Shown here in pieces: positions 40,348 through 50,383 of a stretch of 64,000 nucleotides of DNA. The notes beneath the pieces are model-generated. The model had not been told where the DNA came from, ran no database searches, and saw only the letters and a program-made list of their open reading frames with translations. A program made the position numbers and the translations under genes. The number at the start of each line of letters is the position of its first letter. Position 1 is the first letter of the stretch. The stretch is from Candidatus Limnocylindrales bacterium (lineage in GTDB: Bacteria; Moduliflexota; Moduliflexia; Moduliflexales; JAUQPW01): NCBI GenBank assembly GCA_035559535.1, contig DATMBG010000012.1, forward strand, positions 124,001 to 188,000, given 5' to 3'.

Positions 40348-41448
40348 CTATCTAAGTACCTGGATTGTGTTTCGCTGGATCAGATCCCAGTCGATTTCAT
40401 ACCCCAGTCCAGGACCTTCCGGCGCATGGACCATTCCTTTATCATCTACTTCGATATCCTTCACTAAACCGTATTTATTGGCGCCTGTGGCTGGAAAAAA
40501 CTCGTAATAATCACAGTTGGGAATAGCCATGGTGACATGGAGATTGGCCACGTTATTGAGGGAATTACCTCCGTGATGGATCTCACACTTCATATGAAAC
40601 GCATCGGCCAGATGAGCTATCCTTACCAGGGGAGTGATACCCCCCACCACCGCCACATCACCCCTTAACATATCGGTGGCTTGTTGCTGTACCCACTGGG
40701 CCATACCGTAGAATCCACCCGGGGCATATTCCGTGCATAAGAGGGGGATATCCAACTTTTGGCGGAGTTTAACGTAGTTGTAGAGGTCTTCTTCAGAGAG
40801 AGGATCTTCATACCAAAAGTAATTTAATTCTTCGATGGCCCTCCCCACCCGAACCGCATCTTCATAACCGTAAGCCCACATGGCATCCAACATCAGGACC
40901 ATATCCTCGCCTACCGCTTCACGAACAGCCTGGCAGATCTCTATATCTTTTTGGGGTATGCCATGGGGATGGATCTTGTAGGCAGTCCAGCCCAAGGACT
41001 TAAAATGTAGGGCCTCTTGGCCATACGCTTCTGGTGTCGGAAGCCAGGCAGAACTGGCATAAGCCGGAACCTGGCTTTTACAGGAACCGAGTAACCGATG
41101 GATGGGCAAACCCGCAGCTTTGCCTGCTAAATCCCAAAGGGCCACATCTACTGCCCCTATCGCCCTTAAAGATACCCATCGGTGTATCCCCCACATCTGT
41201 TGCCATAGGGCACCGATATCCAATGGGTTCCGACCTATCAGCATGGGTTTTATCAAGGTCATCAACGGACCGACATAAGCATCGGCTCCTTGGCCCGAAG
41301 AGCCCAAAAAGGAATGTCCTTCCAGCCCTTCATCGGTCTGAACGGTTACCACCCCGAGCTGAATATTTCCCCCAAATCGCATTTTCCCGGCTTTCCACGG
41401 TTCAATAAGCCATTTGAATAAGGTTGCGGTTAGATTGGTAATTTTCAT
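40348..41448 (-). CDS. Mandelate racemase/muconate lactonizing enzyme family protein
   Basis: VDVALWDLAGK, AYKIHP, LMLDA, WYEDP, EIHH, PEGPGLG. Confidence 0.92.
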   Translation of the reverse strand: MKITNLTATLFKWLIEPWKAGKMRFGGNIQLGVVTVQTDEGLEGHSFLGSSGQGADAYVGPLMTLIKPMLIGRNPLDIGALWQQMWGIHRWVSLRAIGAVDVALWDLAGKAAGLPIHRLLGSCKSQVPAYASSAWLPTPEAYGQEALHFKSLGWTAYKIHPHGIPQKDIEICQAVREAVGEDMVLMLDAMWAYGYEDAVRVGRAIEELNYFWYEDPLSEEDLYNYVKLRQKLDIPLLCTEYAPGGFYGMAQWVQQQATDMLRGDVAVVGGITPLVRIAHLADAFHMKCEIHHGGNSLNNVANLHVTMAIPNCDYYEFFPATGANKYGLVKDIEVDDKGMVHAPEGPGLGYEIDWDLIQRNTIQVLR

Positions 41449-41496
41449 AGTTGCCTCCTTGCTTGGTGAGAGGGCGAGGTTTAAGGTCTCCCTCCG

Positions 41497-41748
41497 TTAA
41501 GATTCTCCCCGTAGATAATAAAGCAGGCCAATTCCAATACCGACTATGAAAAAAAACGGGAAACTGATGATAATCACTTTAATTAATTCCACGGCACTGG
41601 CGTAAAAAGCTTCCTCTACACTAAACTGGTGGGGATAAAATGACTTTAAGTAGTGGATCTCTTCAACCGAGTGCCAACAAACAGCCGAAACAACCAGAAT
41701 GCTTATTCCCATTGTAGATAAAATCAATACCTGGTAGGTTCGCTTCAT
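41497..41748 (-). CDS. Small two-TM hypothetical protein
   Basis: GGAG RBS, two hydrophobic segments, directly after the kinase gene. Confidence 0.55.
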   Translation of the reverse strand: MKRTYQVLILSTMGISILVVSAVCWHSVEEIHYLKSFYPHQFSVEEAFYASAVELIKVIIISFPFFFIVGIGIGLLYYLRGES

Positions 41749-41765
41749 GATCAGACCTTTCTCCG

Positions 41766-44495
41766 TTAGTTCAGGATATCCAGTATGCCGCGTAAAGCGG
41801 CGGGATCTAGGGGTTTGGTAAAGTGGTAATCAAATCCTACCTCCCGAAATTGATCTGGATCTTCTCTCTGTCCGTATCCTGTGAGGGCTATAAGGATGGT
41901 TTGGGATAAGCCGGCTTCTTGTCGAAGTTTTCGGGCTACTTCATATCCGTTCATCCCCGGTAAACCAATGTCCAGTAAGATAACATTTGGTTGGTAGATG
42001 GGAACAGTCTCTAAGGCTGCCAGGCCATCGTATACCACTCTGACGTCGTACCCCCACATCTTTAACAATTCACTGAGTGTCGTTGCAGCATCCACATTAT
42101 CATCCACAATCAGGATGCGGCGAGAGGAGGGCCGGGTGGTACGGTGATTTTCTCTTTCCTGGGTCTCTGCGTCTGTGTGCCCCCCACCCCCCACCCCTTC
42201 CCTCCCCATGGACGGGGAGGGAGAGAGGGAGGGGGTGGGAAGACGCACCGTAAACTCACTTCCCTGACCCAGGCCTGCACTATAGGCCGATACCTTTCCC
42301 CCATGCATCTCCACCAGACTGCGTACCAGGGTTAATCCAATTCCAAGTCCCCCTCGGGATCGAGCAAGGGATTGATCTATTTGGGTGAATAGATCAAAGA
42401 TTTGATCTAACATTTCCGGTGGGATACCTATGCCGGTGTCCCGTACACGAATGACTACCTCTTCTCCTTCCGGTTCACAGGTCACCCAGATGCGCCCCCC
42501 CGGATCTGTATACTTTGCTGCATTAGTGAGAAGGTTAACAACCACTTGTTCTAACCGAATGGGATCGGCTTCCACATAAACAGGTCTTTCGGGCAGGGAG
42601 ACTAAAAGTTCATGTCTGTGGATTTCAACCAGTGAACGGCTTGTTTCAACGGCATGGGTCAGGAGGGTTCCGAGTTCTACAAGCTCCTTTCGAAGGGTGA
42701 TTTTACCCCGGGTGATTCGGGATATATCCAGCAAATCATCCACTAATCGGGTTATGTGCTGAACTTGTCGAGCCATTATATCCAGGGACCGTTTTAAGAC
42801 TGGATCCTGGGTGCCTCGAAGCTGCATGAGTTTTAAGGTATTACTGATAGGAGCAAGGGGGTTACGGAGTTCGTGGGCCAGCATGGCCAGGAATTCATCC
42901 TTACGGCGGTTTGCTTCCTTTAGGGCTTCTTCTGCCTTCTTACGATCGGTGATATCTTGAATGATGCCTATAGCCGATTGAGGATGACCCTGCGGATCCT
43001 TTATCACCGACATACTACTGCTCACCCACACGTAGGAACCATCGGGGCGAACATATCGTTTCTCTGTAACGAAAGTCGGTCCTCCGGCTACCATACGTTC
43101 AAACAAAGCAAGTGTATTGGGAAGATCATCAGGATGGGTTAAATCCCGCATCCTCAAGTTTAACACTTCCACCATCGGGCGACCTACAATCTCACAATAC
43201 CGTTGGTTTACAAGTAAAAATCGACCCGTCAGATCAGTTTGGGCAATTCCCACCGTCGTTTGGTTGAAGATGGCTCTCAACTGCTCCTCACTCCTGCGAA
43301 GCTCCTCCTCAGCTCGCTTACGTTCGGTGATGTCTCTGGCAATCTTAGAAGCCCCGATAATTTGGCCGGTAGCATCACGAATTGGAGAAACCGTGAGTGA
43401 AATCATGATTCTCTGACCATCTTTTCTTCGACGTACGGTCTCATAATGGTCGACCCGTTCTCCGGATCTGATCCTTTCCAGAATTTTAGGTATTTCGTCA
43501 ACACGCTCGGGCGGTGCCAGGATAGAGATATGCCGACCTATCACCTCTTCCGCAGAATAGCCAAAAATCCTTTCTGCACCTGCGTTCCAACTCATGATAA
43601 TTCCATCCAGGGTCTTACCGATGATCGCATCGTCTGAAGATTCAACAATAGCCGCCAAACGGAGATTTGCTTCTTCTGCCTGTCTACGCTCGGTTACATC
43701 GCGAAAAATCAAAATCACCCCCAAAATATTTCCATGGTTATCTTGAATGGGGGCAGCACTGTCATCGATCGGTCGCTCTGTTCCATCCCTTGCAATGAGC
43801 ACCGTATGGTTGGCCAATCCTATGATAACACCCTCTTGGAGTACTTTAGCTACCGGGTCTTCAATCGGTTTCCGTGTTTCCTCGTTTATGATTTTGAAAA
43901 TATCCTTCAAGGGCCTCCTTAAAGCCTCTTCTTGCCTCCATCCGGTTAATTCCTCGGCCACAGGGTTCATAAAAGTCACCTGACCTTCTCGATCCGTACT
44001 AATTACGGCGTCACCGATACTGGCAAGTGTAACCCGCAGCGATTCACGTTGCTCGTATAACATAGCTTCTATTCGCTTGCGTTCGGTAATTTCCCTGGTC
44101 AAATCGGTTATCTTCTGATCCAATAGGGTAAATCGATGGATGGCCTCTTCTTTGGGACGACAGCGTAAGAGAATACACGCGGCCGTATCACCGGATCTCG
44201 GTTGAAGAACGGCACCTTCGCAGCGATAAGGGAGAAGTTGACCATCGCAGGTACGCCAGGTTAGCGAACCGGGTATCAACTCCCGGCTTCTGGAACAGAC
44301 TTTGAGGTAGCGGGCAACTTTATCGGCGGGGTCGGAGACAAGCTCATCAAGCCGTACACCCCGAAGATCTTGATAGTTTAGTTTCAGAAGATCGGCGGCT
44401 GCCGGATTGGCTACCAGGATGACCCCATTTCCGGAAACAAGGAACATAGGCTCTGGTAAAGGTCGGGTAATCTGCAGAAAATCTTCGGAGTCCAT
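41766..44495 (-). CDS. Multi-PAS hybrid sensor histidine kinase / response regulator
   Basis: Four PAS/PAC regions; LAHELRNPL H-box; NLLTNAAKYT, DTGIG, GLGIGL; REC domain IVDDN..LDIGLPGMNG..TKP. Confidence 0.95.
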   Translation of the reverse strand: MDSEDFLQITRPLPEPMFLVSGNGVILVANPAAADLLKLNYQDLRGVRLDELVSDPADKVARYLKVCSRSRELIPGSLTWRTCDGQLLPYRCEGAVLQPRSGDTAACILLRCRPKEEAIHRFTLLDQKITDLTREITERKRIEAMLYEQRESLRVTLASIGDAVISTDREGQVTFMNPVAEELTGWRQEEALRRPLKDIFKIINEETRKPIEDPVAKVLQEGVIIGLANHTVLIARDGTERPIDDSAAPIQDNHGNILGVILIFRDVTERRQAEEANLRLAAIVESSDDAIIGKTLDGIIMSWNAGAERIFGYSAEEVIGRHISILAPPERVDEIPKILERIRSGERVDHYETVRRRKDGQRIMISLTVSPIRDATGQIIGASKIARDITERKRAEEELRRSEEQLRAIFNQTTVGIAQTDLTGRFLLVNQRYCEIVGRPMVEVLNLRMRDLTHPDDLPNTLALFERMVAGGPTFVTEKRYVRPDGSYVWVSSSMSVIKDPQGHPQSAIGIIQDITDRKKAEEALKEANRRKDEFLAMLAHELRNPLAPISNTLKLMQLRGTQDPVLKRSLDIMARQVQHITRLVDDLLDISRITRGKITLRKELVELGTLLTHAVETSRSLVEIHRHELLVSLPERPVYVEADPIRLEQVVVNLLTNAAKYTDPGGRIWVTCEPEGEEVVIRVRDTGIGIPPEMLDQIFDLFTQIDQSLARSRGGLGIGLTLVRSLVEMHGGKVSAYSAGLGQGSEFTVRLPTPSLSPSPSMGREGVGGGGHTDAETQERENHRTTRPSSRRILIVDDNVDAATTLSELLKMWGYDVRVVYDGLAALETVPIYQPNVILLDIGLPGMNGYEVARKLRQEAGLSQTILIALTGYGQREDPDQFREVGFDYHFTKPLDPAALRGILDILN

Positions 44496-44503
44496 AATAA
44501 TTT

Positions 44504-45037
44504 TTAACTTTTGAAGTATTCTCTCCCTTCACATGTCTGGGTTTGTGGGGTTTGTCTTAAATAGATGACCACTCGACAATGGGGATATCCTTTGGCAATG
44601 GTTTCTTTTAACTCCACTTTGGCATAACCTAAATTCTCGGCAGCAATGGCTCCAAATACATTGGAAGTCATCATGCACATGGAAGTACGACCTAGTACTT
44701 TATCTCCAAACGGACAAGCCCGATTCCCCAAAACAATCTTCTCATCATCCTGCTCAATAATGTAAAAATCACCTTGAATGCGGCGCTTCAAATCGACCAT
44801 TACGTCAGCTACTTGCTCCCGGGTCAGTTGAGAAACCGACAGGGCTTCCTTGTAATCTTTATCAATCTGCTCACCTATAGCCTGACCGACTACACTGATA
44901 AATCCAGAAGCCTCCTTGACTCCTACGACCTCTTCCAATGTTCCGGCCAGTTCCCGAATGAGGGAACGCAGGAAAAGGTCCCGATCTAAAGGTATCAGTA
45001 AGTTTTTAATATCTTCAGAGGTAGAAGAGTTCTCCAT
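44504..45037 (-). CDS. Methanogen output domain 1 (MetOD1/V4R-like) protein
   Basis: [46 protein letters not shown]. Confidence 0.75.
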   Translation of the reverse strand: MENSSTSEDIKNLLIPLDRDLFLRSLIRELAGTLEEVVGVKEASGFISVVGQAIGEQIDKDYKEALSVSQLTREQVADVMVDLKRRIQGDFYIIEQDDEKIVLGNRACPFGDKVLGRTSMCMMTSNVFGAIAAENLGYAKVELKETIAKGYPHCRVVIYLRQTPQTQTCEGREYFKS

Positions 45038-45235
45038 AGTTACTCCTTCAAGATTATTCCCTTTAACTCATGGTAACAACCCTAACATAGCGAAGACCGT
45101 GGAAGGATCAGGTTGGAAAATACAAATAGTTACTCGGTTCCTTAAGCATCAGATCATGAAGTTTATCAACTATACGAAAAAAAATATTCTTCAACCTGTA
45201 ACACCGAAAATGAGAATTTAAACATTTCGGGGTTT

Positions 45236-46003
45236 CTAGAGCCTGGCCGTGTATCCTCCATCGATGATTAAGTCAATGCCCGTTACCCAGGAAGCATCAT
45301 CTGATGCCAGATAGAGAATACCTTTGGCAATATCCTCTGGAGTTCCAAGTCGTTTCAACGGGTAGAGGGGGATCCAGTATTTTTCGGCCATTTCCTGCCA
45401 CGTCTGACCCGGTTTCAATCGGGTTCGTGAAATTTCCGTTTCAACCAGTCCCGGTAGAACTGCATTGACCCGAATATTATAAGGTGCATAATCTACGGCC
45501 ATTGCCCTGGTTAAATTACAGACGGCTGCCTTGGCTGCAGAATAGGAGTGGGCATCGGATTGTCCTCTCAGGGCCGATATGGAAGATACATTGATAATAC
45601 ACCCGCCTCCCTGCTTGATCATCTGAGGAATAGCATACTTAGAGGTCAAAAAGATAGCCTTGACATTAACAGCCATAATCCGATCCCAATCCTCTTCCGT
45701 AGAATCGACCAGTTTGGTTCGATCTATGGCCCCTGCATTATTGACCAGAATATCTAATCGTCCCCAGCGTGCTATGGTTTCCATTACCATCTGCCGGGCA
45801 TCTTCATGCCGACTCACATCTCCTGGAATAGCCAGAGCCTCTCCACCTTGAGAGGTGATAGCAGCAACGGTTTCTTCTAACTTTTCTTTACGTCGTCCAC
45901 TCACCGCTACCTTAGCCCTTTCCCTGGCAAACAATTCGGCAGTAGCTCTTCCCATTCCGGTGCCACCTCCGGTAATTAAGGCAACTTTATCTTTTAGTCT
46001 CAT
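45236..46003 (-). CDS. Short-chain dehydrogenase/reductase
   Basis: TGGGTGMG, NNAG, YSAAK, IDGG. Confidence 0.95.
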   Translation of the reverse strand: MRLKDKVALITGGGTGMGRATAELFARERAKVAVSGRRKEKLEETVAAITSQGGEALAIPGDVSRHEDARQMVMETIARWGRLDILVNNAGAIDRTKLVDSTEEDWDRIMAVNVKAIFLTSKYAIPQMIKQGGGCIINVSSISALRGQSDAHSYSAAKAAVCNLTRAMAVDYAPYNIRVNAVLPGLVETEISRTRLKPGQTWQEMAEKYWIPLYPLKRLGTPEDIAKGILYLASDDASWVTGIDLIIDGGYTARL

Positions 46004-46473
46004 TCTGCCTCCCTTATGAAAATCTGGTTGGTTTAAGATGCCATCTCTTTACGAGGGAATTATCTTATTTAAGGATCAGGTGTCTGTCAAGATTAAACCA
46101 CCTTCTAAGATCTGAGGGCTTGAAGGAATGTGGGAACCAATTGGTTTCCACGGGGATCCGGATTGCCTTCCAGAAGAATGGGTCCTGTCGGAATCTGGAT
46201 CGGAATTTGAATCCCCCCACTGCTTCTTCGCTTCCTCTTGACAGGTTCTTCATAGTTCTATCCTTCCCATTTCATAGCCGATTAAGATTTGATCTCTCCT
46301 AAGATTTTAATATCTGTAAAACTTATATCCATCGCCAATATAAAAGTATTAAAATCTTATCAGCTTGCACCTTCTATAATTGGGGTTCATATTATGAATA
46401 GGTATTCAAGAGGTATTTCTGGCCGATTGATAAGTAATAAGATAAAAAACCGTTAAAATGTTAAGTGTGAGGA

Positions 46474-46851
46474 GTGTTAATCATGTATTTAGGGAAGAAA
46501 CTTAAGCTCTGGATGGTTATTTTAGTAGTTTGGGTGATGGGTGTAAGTTGTGGGCTACCTCAACGTACTTCTCAGCAGGTTACTGCAGATGAGTTAATTA
46601 CAAAGAGGGTTCAGGCAAAACTGGCAGAAGTTCCTTTGAGACCTCCTCCTCAAGATTATTTAATTGTAACGACTCATCTGGGTGTCGTACACCTGAGGGG
46701 AGTGGTTGAAGACCAATTCACGCGGAACAAAATTCTTGAACTGGCCAAGAGCGTTGAAGGTGTCAAAGAGGTGACCGAGAATATACGAATTGAGCCGGAA
46801 AGAGGTGGTGGAGGTGGAGCCTCTACCCAGCAAGCTGCCAAGACTCGATAG
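46474..46851 (+). CDS. BON-domain lipoprotein
   Basis: Lipobox-like GVSC; DELITKRVQAKL..GVVHLRG..SVEGVKEV. Confidence 0.85.
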   Translation: MLIMYLGKKLKLWMVILVVWVMGVSCGLPQRTSQQVTADELITKRVQAKLAEVPLRPPPQDYLIVTTHLGVVHLRGVVEDQFTRNKILELAKSVEGVKEVTENIRIEPERGGGGGASTQQAAKTR

Positions 46852-46944
46852 GGGATTTATGAAACGGTCAACCCTGGGTTTAAGCTTCCAGAGTTAGCTT
46901 GAACAGAAGGAGATTCCAACTCCTTAGGTAGAAACTTCCCTATA

Positions 46945-46967
46945 GGGGCAGGTTTTAAACCTGCCCC
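46945..46967. repeat. REP-like palindrome GGGGCAGGTTTTAAACCTGCCCC
   Basis: Perfect hairpin; sister copy at 11933. Confidence 0.75.
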
Positions 46968-47224
46968 GTCCATTCGGGTGAGTTTCAAAATAAAATAATA
47001 CCCCCTCTGTGGGAATGAAACAACAGGTAAGGGACTTCCCACAACCGTTTCCATGCATTCCAAGGGACGTTTTTTATTTTCATAACTTTTAACGCTTTCC
47101 CTTCAAAAGAAGAGGACTAATCCCTTATCACCGGATAAAGATCCTGTCTGGTCGGTGGGAGCCTTGTCGATGAAGTGATAGATCTGGATAAGGAAGGACG
47201 GATTGGAGGATAACGAGAAAAGGG

Positions 47225-48892
47225 ATGCCGAAAAAATCTTTACAAGAATATTTTACCACCAGTTCTCGGATTGTGAATTGTATGGTTTCATTGCTTCAAC
47301 TTCCTCCTGGAAGTTTAATCCTCGAGCCGTGTGCAGGTACCGGTCACTTTATTCGGGCCCTTCTAAAAAAAGCTTATCGGGTTTTTGCCGTAGAGCTCTC
47401 CCGGGATCATTACCTTTCTCTCCATCGCCGGTGGGGAGATTGTTTGTCGCTTCTTCAAGGCGATTTTCTGGAAATGGCCCTTCCTTCGACTTCCCACCCT
47501 GTGATTTTTCAAAACGTAGCCTTCGATGGAATCATCGCCAATCCACCTTACGGTATGTATCTGGAACCGGTACGAAGAAGACAATTCAAGAAGGTTTTGG
47601 GCCCTTTTTATACCCGGGAAACCTATGGACTCTTCCTCAAGCTTTCTGCCCCTTTACTTCGTGAGGGAGGGAGGCTGGTTTATATCATTCCAGATACGTT
47701 TCTTAGCGTTCGTATGCATTTCCCTTTAAGAAGGTACTTATTTAAAGAAATGAAAGTAACCCATCTGATTACCTTTCCTTCCCATTTCTTCCCGGGAGTG
47801 GATTTTGGATATGCCAGACTTTGTATTCTGGGGGCTACCCGCGTGAAACCAAAGCCGGAAGATGTTATTGAGTGGATCCAGCTCCATTCCTCAGATGGTC
47901 CGGAATCCCTCGTTTCGCTGGATTCCCTTCCTTCTAGGAAACACCTTCCCATTTTTTATAAAGACTTATGGCTTTCGGAGGATTTGAATATAAACTATGT
48001 CCGAAGCTACCTTACGGCTATGCCCCTGCGTTCCTATTTCAGTGTCCTGTTAAAGGATAAAGAAAACCCAAGAGAAAGTAAATCCCCTTCAGACTTCCCT
48101 TTCTTAAAGAAAAAACCGGAAGTTTCTCCCTTCCTGCCGGAGGGATTTGTTATGAACTGGTCTCCAGGTTTGGAATTGAGAAGGATTGACGGGCTACAGA
48201 GATGGGTCCCTCTGGGTGAGCTGGCCACCTGCAAGACAGGGATTTACACGGGGGATAACTCGAGATTTCACTACTGGAATCGGGATCATCCTCCAAGGAA
48301 AAAATCGGGTCAACCCCTGGATTGGAGGCTGGTCCAAGATCCCAGGACTTTATCTACCGAGGAAAAGACCTTTGGAATCGAAGGGGATCGGCATTTCGTC
48401 CCTTTAATCAAGGGGGGACATTATCCCCCGGTGGGAGAAACCCGCTGGGCCATCGACTGGTCCCGAGAAGCTCTCCGATTCTATCAAACAGATAAGAAAG
48501 CCCGATTTCAAAATAGTTCCTGGTACTTTAAAAAAGGATTGGCCGTTCCTATGGTCACGTCGGGCCGATTATCTGCTTCCTTAATGGAACATAGTGTATT
48601 CGATCAGGGTGTAGTAGGAGTTTTTCCTTATGAGGCACATCTTATCCCGTTTTTATTACTTTATCTCAATACTTCCTTAGCTACTCAATGGATGAAGGAA
48701 GTCATTAACCCCTCAGCCAATAATTCCGCCAATTATGTTAAGAAACTTCCCGTACCTGTTCCGAAAGATCAACAGGTTGAAGCCTGCCGAATTAAGCTGG
48801 CCGAATTAACTACCCAAATCGTAGATACCCCTGAAAAGGTTATTCGGGGCTGGATAGATAAATTCTTTCAGGAAATGTTTCAACAGATCTGA
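47225..48892 (+). CDS. Orphan N6-adenine DNA methyltransferase (Eco57I/TaqI-like, C-terminal specificity domain)
   Basis: QEYFT, ILEPCAGTGHF, IIANPPYG, IIPDTFL, CKTGIYTGDN, LLYLNT..VKKLPVP. Confidence 0.88.
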   Translation: MPKKSLQEYFTTSSRIVNCMVSLLQLPPGSLILEPCAGTGHFIRALLKKAYRVFAVELSRDHYLSLHRRWGDCLSLLQGDFLEMALPSTSHPVIFQNVAFDGIIANPPYGMYLEPVRRRQFKKVLGPFYTRETYGLFLKLSAPLLREGGRLVYIIPDTFLSVRMHFPLRRYLFKEMKVTHLITFPSHFFPGVDFGYARLCILGATRVKPKPEDVIEWIQLHSSDGPESLVSLDSLPSRKHLPIFYKDLWLSEDLNINYVRSYLTAMPLRSYFSVLLKDKENPRESKSPSDFPFLKKKPEVSPFLPEGFVMNWSPGLELRRIDGLQRWVPLGELATCKTGIYTGDNSRFHYWNRDHPPRKKSGQPLDWRLVQDPRTLSTEEKTFGIEGDRHFVPLIKGGHYPPVGETRWAIDWSREALRFYQTDKKARFQNSSWYFKKGLAVPMVTSGRLSASLMEHSVFDQGVVGVFPYEAHLIPFLLLYLNTSLATQWMKEVINPSANNSANYVKKLPVPVPKDQQVEACRIKLAELTTQIVDTPEKVIRGWIDKFFQEMFQQI

Positions 48893-48894
48893 GT

Positions 48895-50352
48895 TTAAAA
48901 GATCTGTTTCAACAAAAATCCCAATTTTCCTATTAAACCGAAAGGTCTCAGTACGATAAGATTATAGTGGGTTTCCTGGATATATTGGATTGCAACCCGA
49001 TGGACCTCTTCAAGGGTAACCGAATTTATTTTCGAAAAATACGCCCCCTCACTCTCCAGGCTGTTGAACAAGGCCCTTTCACCTAAATAGGAAGCCAGAT
49101 CCCGATTCGTTTCTAGCACTCTGGCCAGCCGCCCTTTTAAATAATCTTTAGCTTCCTCTACTTCCTCTTCTAAAGAAGAACCCTTATCAACCGTTCGGAT
49201 TTTTTTTAATTCCTCAAAGAGAACCTGTCTGGTTCGATTCTCTTCTTTTCCTTGAACTTCGATATAAATCTTCCAGATTCCTGTATCGGAGAGAGGTACG
49301 TAATCTGAGTTGACCACATAAGCAAGTCCGTGGGTTTCTCGAATGGAGTCAAAAAGCCGAAGCTGAATTATACCGGTCAGAACTTCCATGGCCGGACGAT
49401 CGGCGTCCTGCAGACCCATAACCCTGATAGCCAGGAGGATTTTGGCCTGTTGAAGGAGGATGCTTCCCAAAGAAATCTCGCGGAGTTGAGATTGTTCGGG
49501 ATACCCAGAGGAGGAGGGGAAATGAGAAGAGCCCGGCTCATTCTGCCATTGCTCCACTCTTCCATTTCCCCATTTTTCTATTTTCTCACTTATCGCTTCC
49601 GTTACTTCTTCCGTTTTTACATTTCCCACGGCAACAATAACCATATGGGTTGGAAGATAATGGGATTGATAATGGGCGATAAGGGCATCCCGGCTAATTT
49701 TTTTCAGATCCTCTTCTTTACCTCTGATGGGATTCCCCATGGGATGACCCTTGAACACTTCTCGAAGAGCTAGTTCATCGACGTAGGACTCTGGAATATC
49801 CTTCAATCGACCTATTTCGGTCAAAACGACCTGCCGTTCTTTGGCAAGGTCTTCTTCCCGCAACGCCGGACGGGTCACCATTTCTACCAATAGTTTCAAC
49901 ATTTCCCGATAGTTTGTAGCGGGTACCTCGGCATAGTACTGACTATATTCCTGAGATGTTCCTCCCCCTATTTGTCCTCCCAAAGAGGCTACCTTCTGGG
50001 CTAACTCCGGGGCCGGGAGGTCTTCTGTTCCTTTAAGGATCAGATGGGCTAACAGGTGAGAAATCCCAAACTGGCCTTCCCGTTCATCTCGGGAGCCAAC
50101 CCTGACCCAAACTTGTAAGGCCGCAGTTTGGGTCTCCGGGCGTTCCCTCACAATCAGCCGAAGCCCATTTTTTAAGGTAATTAAAGAGGTCGTCTGAAGG
50201 TCTTTAATCCCCGCCGGTGGTTTATTACCCATACCCATGGTTGATTGTTCACTGCCCACCGTCGATTGTTTCTGGAGGCTAACTGCCTCTGACTGCATCG
50301 TAACGAAACCAATCAAGATAAGAACGCTTAAAAGACTCAGGGGGATCTTCAT
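48895..50352 (-). CDS. M16 peptidase-like subunit, probably non-catalytic
   Basis: GSRDE..GISHLLAH (HxxEH Glu replaced by Ala), IRETHGLAY; N-terminal signal. Confidence 0.88.
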   Translation of the reverse strand: MKIPLSLLSVLILIGFVTMQSEAVSLQKQSTVGSEQSTMGMGNKPPAGIKDLQTTSLITLKNGLRLIVRERPETQTAALQVWVRVGSRDEREGQFGISHLLAHLILKGTEDLPAPELAQKVASLGGQIGGGTSQEYSQYYAEVPATNYREMLKLLVEMVTRPALREEDLAKERQVVLTEIGRLKDIPESYVDELALREVFKGHPMGNPIRGKEEDLKKISRDALIAHYQSHYLPTHMVIVAVGNVKTEEVTEAISEKIEKWGNGRVEQWQNEPGSSHFPSSSGYPEQSQLREISLGSILLQQAKILLAIRVMGLQDADRPAMEVLTGIIQLRLFDSIRETHGLAYVVNSDYVPLSDTGIWKIYIEVQGKEENRTRQVLFEELKKIRTVDKGSSLEEEVEEAKDYLKGRLARVLETNRDLASYLGERALFNSLESEGAYFSKINSVTLEEVHRVAIQYIQETHYNLIVLRPFGLIGKLGFLLKQIF

Positions 50353-50383
50353 GTTGGGTCCTTTTTCTCTACTCCTTTGACGG

